IMG/VR virus record: IMGVR_UViG_3300012347_000602
Location: 1 to 36,463 of that record
DNA length: 36,463 nt
Origin: a virus
Taxonomy: Duplodnaviria; Caudoviricetes
Strand: one strand, 5' to 3'
Of this stretch, positions 25,937-33,551 are shown piece by piece. The notes beneath the pieces are model-generated. The model was given only the letters and a program-made list of their open reading frames with translations. It did not search any database and was not told where the DNA came from. The translations under genes were made by a program, and so were the position numbers. Position 1 is the stretch's first letter. Each line of letters begins with the position of its first letter.

Positions 25937-26604
25937 TCAACATCCAAGTGACTGTGGCAGCCGAAGATGCACGGGCCTTCCTGGTGAACGTGACCGGCAC
26001 GCTGACGAAGCGACGTGAGCTGAACGACGCGCTGGCCATCCGCCTGAGGCGCGAGTTGAAGGAACACTTCGCCATCAAGAACCGGGAGCCGAACAAGATG
26101 AACGCGCCGAAGTCCAATTTCTGGAGACAGGTCGCGGATGCCACCGACGTCGCGGAGGTGACCGACACCGGCGCGACCGTGGCGGTCGCTGAGCAGCGAT
26201 TCAACATCCAGCTTTTCGGCGGGACGATCCTGCCGAGGACCAAGAAGTTTTTAACCATCCCGCTGATCGCTGAGGCGCGCGGGAAATTCGCCAGCGATTA
26301 CGAAAAGGATAACAAGCGCAGACTCTTCACCATTCCTGGCAAGCGTGCGTTGTTCGAACAGACGAGCGAAGGCACGGGGAAATCCGCGCCGAGCGGAGTG
26401 AAAGGACGCGTCCGGGGGAAGAACCGCAGCTTCAGCGTGAGCCTCGCGGCCAAGCCTAACATCCGTGCCGTTTACGCGCTTGCCCGCAAGGTGACCATCA
26501 AAGCCGATCCGACCGCTCTCCCCAGGGCGGCGGATCTACTCACCGCCCTGCAGGAGGAAGCTGATGATTTCATGAAAGACCTCAACGAAGGGAGGCTCGC
26601 ATGA
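25933..26604 (+). CDS. virion morphogenesis/tail completion protein (Mu G-like)
   Basis: FGGTILPRTKKFLTIP motif; synteny. Confidence 0.68.
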   Translation: MINIQVTVAAEDARAFLVNVTGTLTKRRELNDALAIRLRRELKEHFAIKNREPNKMNAPKSNFWRQVADATDVAEVTDTGATVAVAEQRFNIQLFGGTILPRTKKFLTIPLIAEARGKFASDYEKDNKRRLFTIPGKRALFEQTSEGTGKSAPSGVKGRVRGKNRSFSVSLAAKPNIRAVYALARKVTIKADPTALPRAADLLTALQEEADDFMKDLNEGRLA

Positions 26605-27059
26605 GCAATCTCTATTCACTGCGCCGCGAAATCCGCGATGTGCTGCTAGGCGGCGGATGGGAGACTAACGAGGTCCTCATCAAGCGCCGCGCCAACATCT
26701 GGAACGATATCGCCGTGGCGACCGGAGCGAGCAAGCACGGGCAGTGCCTGGTCATCGGCGTGGCCAAGGGCACCAAGCTCGGCCCGGCGCGACCTGGCAC
26801 GCGGCAGATCGTCATGGAGATCACCGTGCCCATCACCCTCATGGAGCTGCCGACCGCGGATCCGGAACAACCGGAGACGGGCGACGCCGACGAGGACGAC
26901 CGCTGGGAGGCGATGTGCCTGCTGCTGCAGGGCGAATCGTTAGGACGCAGCGCCCTGCACTACGAACTCGACTTCGACGGCTTCGAGGACGTGGAGGATG
27001 AGGACTACGTGATCCGCCAGACCACCTTCAAGACCCGTCTCATTCTCAAGCCTGCATGA
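26601..27059 (+). CDS. putative tail terminator
   Basis: 152 aa; position before the tail tube gene. Confidence 0.5.
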   Translation: MSNLYSLRREIRDVLLGGGWETNEVLIKRRANIWNDIAVATGASKHGQCLVIGVAKGTKLGPARPGTRQIVMEITVPITLMELPTADPEQPETGDADEDDRWEAMCLLLQGESLGRSALHYELDFDGFEDVEDEDYVIRQTTFKTRLILKPA

Positions 27060-27108
27060 ACATCGAACATCGAACATCGAACATTGAAGTGAAGAAAAAA
27101 CAATCACC

Positions 27109-27303
27109 ATGAACAACACCGACACCACACCACCACCCGCCACCGATCCCAAGAACCCGCTCGTCGCATGCACCGTGCTCGTCGCCAAGACGACTTACGG
27201 TGATGTGATCCTCGGCCAGGGAGCCAAGATCCGCATCCCGAAAAAGGACGCGGAAACGCTCGCAGGCCTCACTCCACCCGCCGTGCAAATCACCGGCATC
27301 TGA
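27109..27303 (+). CDS. small virion-region protein
   Basis: 64 aa with an AC-rich leader. Confidence 0.6.
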   Translation: MNNTDTTPPPATDPKNPLVACTVLVAKTTYGDVILGQGAKIRIPKKDAETLAGLTPPAVQITGI

Positions 27304-27330
27304 AACCACCACCACTAACGAAACAACATC

Positions 27331-27894
27331 ATGGCCTACGAATTTGGAACCCTCAAGGAGCGCCTCACGGGTGCGCTCATCCGCTTCATCCCCGACGGGG
27401 AAGTCATCTCCGCACTCACCATCGGCAAGGCGGTAAAGCCTGCTGACGCGGCATTCACGGACGACTACTCGCTCGGACGCATCAACAACTCCAAGTATGT
27501 CCCCAAGACCAAGGACCGCGTCCGGGAGTGGGCGCTGCCGACCGGCGGCTACAAGGAGCGCACCACCAAGTCCACCACCGAGGACGCCTACGAAATCACG
27601 GTGATCGATTACGCCACGGCGCTCTTCGACCAGCTGGCATTCGGCCTCGCGGCCGCACCGGTGGCGGACACCGAGCAGCAGGCCTTCGCCAGCGCGGACC
27701 GCTACAAGGATGGCTGGGCGCAGCTCACCATGATCGAGGAGGACGGCACGGTTTCCGGCGTCCTCACGGTGCACGTGCGGCTGGAGATCTCCGCCGCGCC
27801 GGAAATCAAAAACGAGGACGGCTCGCCAGTCTGGCGGATCGCCCACCTCGGCGATGGTGCCGCGCTCGACACCTACATGCCGTATCCGGCCTAA
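27331..27894 (+). CDS. major tail tube protein
   Basis: 187 aa, beta-rich; synteny; no sheath gene present. Confidence 0.65.
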   Translation: MAYEFGTLKERLTGALIRFIPDGEVISALTIGKAVKPADAAFTDDYSLGRINNSKYVPKTKDRVREWALPTGGYKERTTKSTTEDAYEITVIDYATALFDQLAFGLAAAPVADTEQQAFASADRYKDGWAQLTMIEEDGTVSGVLTVHVRLEISAAPEIKNEDGSPVWRIAHLGDGAALDTYMPYPA

Positions 27895-27901
27895 GGGTGG
27901 G

Positions 27902-27938
27902 GATTTGAGATCTGAAATTTGAGATTTGAGATTGAAGA
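27902..27938 (+). repeat. type B heptamer element
   Basis: gatttgagatctgaaatttgagatttgagattgaaga. Confidence 0.9.
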
Positions 27939-27941
27939 CTC

Positions 27942-28355
27942 ATGAGATCGTCGGACTGGAAAATCACGTGGGATCCGGCTGGCATCAGCCGGGTCCTGCT
28001 GGATTACGACGATCTGATGGACGGCGAGATCCGGATCTCCGGAGAGCAGCTCGCGGGGCAGGGCAAATCCGACTTCGCCCTGCGAGCGGTGGCACTCTCC
28101 CGCAAGAACGTGAAGCGGCGGCTGGAGTTCGGCCGCCGCCTTCCTCACGCGACGGGTGCCGCCAGCTGGATGGCGGCGGTGGACGAACTCAGCGCAATGC
28201 CCTGGGGACTCAAGGGCACGCTGCGCATCGAGCCGCGCGGAGGCACCGCGAAGGATTGCGCCGCATGTGTGCTCAGCTCACGCCACGGCCCGGTGGTGGC
28301 GGATGGAATCATCGAGTCCGTGCATGACTACGTGCTGAGGATCGCTCCGCTCTGA
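27942..28355 (+). CDS. tail-region protein
   Basis: 137 aa; weak similarity to 29370-29801. Confidence 0.6.
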   Translation: MRSSDWKITWDPAGISRVLLDYDDLMDGEIRISGEQLAGQGKSDFALRAVALSRKNVKRRLEFGRRLPHATGAASWMAAVDELSAMPWGLKGTLRIEPRGGTAKDCAACVLSSRHGPVVADGIIESVHDYVLRIAPL

Positions 28356-28472
28356 ACATCGAACACCGAACGTCCAACATCGAATACCGAACGCAGATGG
28401 CTTCGCGCTTCCTCGCTCTACTCTCCCTCTTCACTTCGACGTTCGATGTTGGACGTTCGATGTTGGACGTTC
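28355..28472. repeat. inverted pair of type A elements
   Basis: aacatcgaacaccgaacgtccaacatcgaa ... ttcgacgttcgatgttggacgttcgatgttggacgttc. Confidence 0.88.
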
Positions 28473-28485
28473 CTCTCTCTTTCTA

Positions 28486-29373
28486 ATGGCTGGCATCATC
28501 ATCACTCCAGGGACTACGAACCCGCCGGTCGTGCCGACGCAGATCCTGGCGGGCTATCCGTTTCCGAAAGTGCCGGTGAAAACCATCCGCAAGTGGCGGC
28601 AGTTTAATCCCGGCTGGGTGGGTGAGCTGGAGCCGCTGGCCGTGCCGCTGCCGATCGGATACTCCTACTTCGACTTCGTCACCGGCGACATCACGGTGGG
28701 TGTGGATGTGGACACCTTCGATGCAGGCAAGCCGAACTTCACGACGGCCGGAGTGCGCTACGTGCCAGACGCCCTCTACGCGAAGACCGCGCAGGACATC
28801 GGTGCCAAGACCTATTCCGCCATCGACAGCACACCACCATTTCCGGCGGGAAGTGACAGCATCGACATAGGCCTGGTGGAGGCTCAATACGGCGGCGACT
28901 ACGCGATGCCATCCAACGGCATCCGGGTCTTGCTGAACTTCGATCTCACGCTGGCGGGCACCGGCGGGGCGGAGATTTTTTACAGCCTGTCCACCCTGGA
29001 TGAATCCGACCCTGGCGCGACGAGCGGCACCATCGTCCTGCCGGTGCCCTATCCGGTGAACCCGGTCAGCAATGATTTTATCAACCAGGTCATCGACACG
29101 GTGCGCAACGTGACAGTCACCCTGTTTTACGACGGGGAGCCCGTCGACAAGATCTATCTGGCCATCCCGATCACCGGGGAGGTGAGCTTCACCATCGTGC
29201 CCGCGACGCCGGGTGCGGATCTGGACATCCCGGAGGTGGACAGCGGAATGACCTGGTCCGACACGCTCCACGGCCTGACAGCCTCCGCTCCGGCGGGAAC
29301 CGCTCCCACCATTCCCTATTCCGGCTACGTCCGCGAGTCCTGGACGAGCGAAGGAGAAATCACCCTGTCATGA
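28486..29373 (+). CDS. tail-region beta-rich protein
   Basis: 295 aa, acidic, T/P/V-rich. Confidence 0.65.
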   Translation: MAGIIITPGTTNPPVVPTQILAGYPFPKVPVKTIRKWRQFNPGWVGELEPLAVPLPIGYSYFDFVTGDITVGVDVDTFDAGKPNFTTAGVRYVPDALYAKTAQDIGAKTYSAIDSTPPFPAGSDSIDIGLVEAQYGGDYAMPSNGIRVLLNFDLTLAGTGGAEIFYSLSTLDESDPGATSGTIVLPVPYPVNPVSNDFINQVIDTVRNVTVTLFYDGEPVDKIYLAIPITGEVSFTIVPATPGADLDIPEVDSGMTWSDTLHGLTASAPAGTAPTIPYSGYVRESWTSEGEITLS

Positions 29374-29801
29374 GCATCCAGAGTCCATGCGCGATCATCC
29401 TGACGCCACCGGGCGGAGCGGCCATCACCCTGGTGGATGCCGGTGGATGGCTGGCGGCGCTGCCGGTGTTCGACGCGACGCAAGGTTTGTTCGAGTCGGA
29501 CGGCGTGCAGTTAGGAGCGGCGTTCTTCCGGCCGCTCGGGAACGTGGCGGTGACCATCACCTTCACCACCGAGGAAGACCACGCGGATCTGGCGGCCGCG
29601 CTCGATGCGTTCCTCGGGGCGGACGTGGTCGGGGGTGTCTCGGTGCTACAGGTTTCCGGGCTGCTGACGATTGGCGACTTCGCCGAGTGCGCGGACGCGG
29701 TGGTGCACGTGGTGACTCCGGACCTGCCAAGCGGCGCGGCCGCGACCACCACCCGGGTCTTCACCATCATCACCTCCATCCCCACACCGGCGGCAAGCTA
29801 A
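29370..29801 (+). CDS. tail-region protein
   Basis: 143 aa; ATGA-coupled to the previous gene. Confidence 0.6.
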   Translation: MSIQSPCAIILTPPGGAAITLVDAGGWLAALPVFDATQGLFESDGVQLGAAFFRPLGNVAVTITFTTEEDHADLAAALDAFLGADVVGGVSVLQVSGLLTIGDFAECADAVVHVVTPDLPSGAAATTTRVFTIITSIPTPAAS

Positions 29802-29810
29802 CACACGATC

Positions 29811-31733
29811 ATGGCAGACAAGAAATTCACCATCGGCATCGAGACCACGGCGGACACGAGCGGAGCGGCCAAAGCGGTCGATGCGATGGACGAGGTGGTG
29901 GACTCGGCAGAGGACGCGGGCAAGGCGATCGACGATGCGGGCAAAGGTCCCGGCATGAAAAAGCTGCCGACCGAAGCGAAGGCGGCGGCCGGATCCATCG
30001 ACGCGCTGGAAGACGAGGTCCGCAAACTCAACAGCGAGCTCAACAAACTCCCGGTCGGCAGCAAGGAGTTCGTCACCATGGCGGGGAAGGTCAAGGAGGC
30101 GAAAGCCTCGCTCGCCCTGGCAGAAGGCGAGGCGCGGAAGCTCGGTGGCACCATGGGACGGAAGGGCAACGCGGGCAACGCGGTGTTGGAGTTTTCCCGC
30201 GCATTCGAAGATGCTCAATACGGCATTCGCGGAGTGCTCAACAACATTCCCGGCCTCATCGCCATGCTCGGCGGCGGTGCGGGTCTCGCGGGTATCCTGA
30301 GCATCGCGGCCGTGGCTGGCACCCAGCTCTGGGAAAGGCTGTCAGACGAGAAGAAGGCGGATGACTCCGTCAAAACCATCGCCAAGCCGCTGGATCTGCT
30401 GAAGCTGCTGAAGACCACGCTGCAGGACATCGCCAAGGCGGAGCGGGAACGCGCCAGCGAGGACACCGTGGAAGCCTTCGAGCGGCAGAAGAACGCCATC
30501 CAGCTCGAATCGCTCGCCGTCCAGGGCAACAACGCGCTGTTGAAGGAGAATCTCGGCTACCGGGAGAAGCTTGCAGCGCTCGAATCCAAGGAGGCTCTTC
30601 GCACAATCGATCAAAAAGAGAGGGAAGGCAAGCTCACGCCGGATGAAGCTAACAAGCAGCGCGTGGGAGTGGCGGGAAAAGCGGTTGAAACCGAGCTCAA
30701 ACTCCGCCGCGAGTCTGCGGCACTCGAGGTGCAAGCCCTGGCAGACAAGGAAGCAGCCGAGGCAAAGGTGACGGCAGCGGCGCGGACAAGCTTCGAACGA
30801 GCGCGCGTCGAACTGGAAAACAGAAAGAAGGAAACCGAGGAACTGCAGCGGCAGATCCAGCTGCGGGCATCACTCGACAAAGCCAGGGCGAACCTGACAC
30901 CGGCGCAGGAAAAAGCTTTTGCTTCCGGGCAGTCAGGATTGGACGCCGCGACCCGGCTGGAAGGAACTGGAAACAACGCCGCTGCCGCGACCGTCCGCGA
31001 GGCTGCTCTGCGTGATCTGGAAAAGGCGCGCGACCTTTGGAATGAGATCCAGAAAATCAACGAGCGCATCGCCAAGGAAGCACCCCGTGCGATCCAGGCC
31101 TACGAAACAACGGACAAGGATGGCAACAAAACCACCATCGATCCTAACCGGAAGCTGTCACAGTTGGTCGACGGATCGCCCGATGGGAAGACTGAAAGCA
31201 CGGCGACTCTACTTGCCCGGGTCAAGACCCTTGAAGAGGCGGCCAAGAACGCTGAACAACAACAGGCCGCCACAGGCACCGCCAGAAGCAACCGCGAGAA
31301 CCTCGCCGCCGCTCAGAATGCGAATGCTTCCGACCTGGCATCGAGAAACAACCCAGCGCTTCAGAGTGCTGAAGCCATCGCAGCTGAAGCAACGCTGAAG
31401 CTGTCCACCGAGATTCAGGCAAAGATCCCTGCAGCAGCTCAATCAGAAGCGACGGGCATTCAGGAAAAGCTTCGTCAGATCCTGGCGGACGGACAGCAGA
31501 AGGGCGAGGGCGGCGAGACTGAAATCCTGCTCAAGCAACTTGCCGATCTCACCGGGAAAAACTCCACCACCAGCCGTGAGTTTTATCAGCTGATCTCTCA
31601 GACATCCGAGACGAACGCCGCACTGCTTACCGAAGCGATCCGGCTGATGAAGGGCATTAAATCGACGCAGGACGAGCACAGCCGGGAAATCAAAGGACTT
31701 CAAACCAACGCCGGGGGACAACGTGGATTTTAA
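29811..31733 (+). CDS. tape measure protein
   Basis: 640 aa, Ala/Glu/Lys helical; AFEDAQYGIRGVLNNIP followed by a hydrophobic stretch. Confidence 0.82.
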   Translation: MADKKFTIGIETTADTSGAAKAVDAMDEVVDSAEDAGKAIDDAGKGPGMKKLPTEAKAAAGSIDALEDEVRKLNSELNKLPVGSKEFVTMAGKVKEAKASLALAEGEARKLGGTMGRKGNAGNAVLEFSRAFEDAQYGIRGVLNNIPGLIAMLGGGAGLAGILSIAAVAGTQLWERLSDEKKADDSVKTIAKPLDLLKLLKTTLQDIAKAERERASEDTVEAFERQKNAIQLESLAVQGNNALLKENLGYREKLAALESKEALRTIDQKEREGKLTPDEANKQRVGVAGKAVETELKLRRESAALEVQALADKEAAEAKVTAAARTSFERARVELENRKKETEELQRQIQLRASLDKARANLTPAQEKAFASGQSGLDAATRLEGTGNNAAAATVREAALRDLEKARDLWNEIQKINERIAKEAPRAIQAYETTDKDGNKTTIDPNRKLSQLVDGSPDGKTESTATLLARVKTLEEAAKNAEQQQAATGTARSNRENLAAAQNANASDLASRNNPALQSAEAIAAEATLKLSTEIQAKIPAAAQSEATGIQEKLRQILADGQQKGEGGETEILLKQLADLTGKNSTTSREFYQLISQTSETNAALLTEAIRLMKGIKSTQDEHSREIKGLQTNAGGQRGF

Positions 31734-31736
31734 CCC

Positions 31737-33551
31737 ATGAGCGACACCTGGACAATGAAAGGCCAAGCGGGCAAGACCATCGACGCCACCGAGCGGACGC
31801 TGGAACAACTGCGTGCAGGCGGCTTGCAGATCGATTTCCGGGGGCTTGCAACGGAGACCGCGACGTGGAATATCTGGCTGAAATCCACCGCCGAAATCGG
31901 CACCTACGTCCCGGATGAAGGGCAGCGGATTTCCATCTATCTGAACGGTGACCGCTACTTCACCGGCCACGTCACCGGCCGCGAGCCGGTCTTCAGCGCC
32001 GGGGAGTGGGGATACGCGATCACCGTCTCCGGGCCGTGGTATTGGCTGGAGAAGACGCCGCTGAGTTCCGAGATCGCGGATGAGACCACCGTGGTCCAGG
32101 AGCGGGCCATCTACATCTTCGCCACCGGCTCGCCCACCTCGCACCTGACCAGCCTGGCCGCGCGGGCCATCGAGCTGGGCATGCCCATCGACCTCGGCAG
32201 CATCGCCACGTGCCATCCGGTACCGCGGCTGAGCTTGCGCGAGATGAGCCTGGCGGAGGCGATTTCCGAGATCATGCGGCTGGTGGTGGACGGCATGGTT
32301 TACTTCGACCACAGCGGCCCGGACGGGACCTATCCGCAGCTCTGCATGCAGCGGCGCACCCCGGCGACCACGGTGGAAATCACCCCCGCGCTGCTGTGCG
32401 TGCCCACGATCAAGCTCAAGCCCCGCTACGATCTCCAGATCTCCGAACTCAAGCTCATCTACGCCACCCGCGAGACCTACGGAAACACCCGCGCCACCGC
32501 GTATAAATCCACCACCTCGGGAGCGTCCACCGGCGAGCGTCCGGACCGCCAGCTGATCACCGTTTCTGGGCCGGAGCCGGGCCTCGGACTGCCGCAGGAT
32601 CTCACCGACTTCGTGGTGGTGAAAAGCGCCGTCATCGACGGGAATCTGGGAGCCGCGCTCTCGCTCTACCACGACCTGCTTAAGGCGGGTGACGCGGACC
32701 TGTCCGACGTGCAGGTCTACGCCACGCCGGAGGAAGACACGGCATCCGGATCCACCGTGGAATGGCCGGCCGACCCCATGGTCATCATCACCGACAGCGA
32801 GGGCAACGACCTGGATCTGGGCGAGTGGACGCACTATCTAACCAAGGGCGAGGAAAAGGACTGGTGGAAAAAAGACGGCATCGAGTGCGTGCAGGCGCGA
32901 GTGACCGCCACGGTCGCCAGCTTCGAAATCGCAGGGCTCACCGACGCCGCTCCGCCGATGCCGAAATGGGCACGCGTGGTGGGTGCGCGGCCGTCCGTGC
33001 ACTTCGTCATCGACGCCTCCGAGCTCAAGTTCCGCTACGTCTGGCAGGCGAGCATTTCCACCGTCGTGCCGCTGGTGAAAACCCACTGGGCTGTGGACAC
33101 CACACTGATCCGCCAAGAGGACTGGGGATGGTTCTTCCCGCCCGCCGGATTTGCAGACTATCTGCTCGAAACGCAGAACTGGGTACCCTGGGAGGGACAG
33201 GTGCCAATCGCCACCGACGAGACCCCGGCTAACAACCTCGTCGGCGCGGTCCTCAACGTGGCCGGATGGGTACCGGAAACCGCCGCCATGCGGGCCATGA
33301 TCTCCGCCTACTCGGTAGTCCCCGCGACCGGCCAAGTGACCTTCACCCTCGGCCCTCCGGCGAGGCATTCCTACCGTGACCTGGTCAACCGGTTCCGGCA
33401 GTCCGGAGCGGACAATATCTACTGGCTCAACGCCGGTGGCGACGGCGGCGGAAGCGCCCCCGGCGGACCTCCCTACGGCTCCATTCTCACCGAATCCGGA
33501 GACTACGAAATCAACGAAGACGGCACAATGCCCACCACCGAAAACGCATGA
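31737..33551 (+). CDS. tail tip/hub protein
   Basis: YFTGHVTGRE...ITVSGPWYWLE hub-like pattern; follows the tape measure gene. Confidence 0.7.
   Translation: MSDTWTMKGQAGKTIDATERTLEQLRAGGLQIDFRGLATETATWNIWLKSTAEIGTYVPDEGQRISIYLNGDRYFTGHVTGREPVFSAGEWGYAITVSGPWYWLEKTPLSSEIADETTVVQERAIYIFATGSPTSHLTSLAARAIELGMPIDLGSIATCHPVPRLSLREMSLAEAISEIMRLVVDGMVYFDHSGPDGTYPQLCMQRRTPATTVEITPALLCVPTIKLKPRYDLQISELKLIYATRETYGNTRATAYKSTTSGASTGERPDRQLITVSGPEPGLGLPQDLTDFVVVKSAVIDGNLGAALSLYHDLLKAGDADLSDVQVYATPEEDTASGSTVEWPADPMVIITDSEGNDLDLGEWTHYLTKGEEKDWWKKDGIECVQARVTATVASFEIAGLTDAAPPMPKWARVVGARPSVHFVIDASELKFRYVWQASISTVVPLVKTHWAVDTTLIRQEDWGWFFPPAGFADYLLETQNWVPWEGQVPIATDETPANNLVGAVLNVAGWVPETAAMRAMISAYSVVPATGQVTFTLGPPARHSYRDLVNRFRQSGADNIYWLNAGGDGGGSAPGGPPYGSILTESGDYEINEDGTMPTTENA

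Noticed and set aside
26601-33551. Contractile Mu-type tail or invertible G segment
   Set aside because: No sheath, baseplate wedge or invertase gene is recognisable
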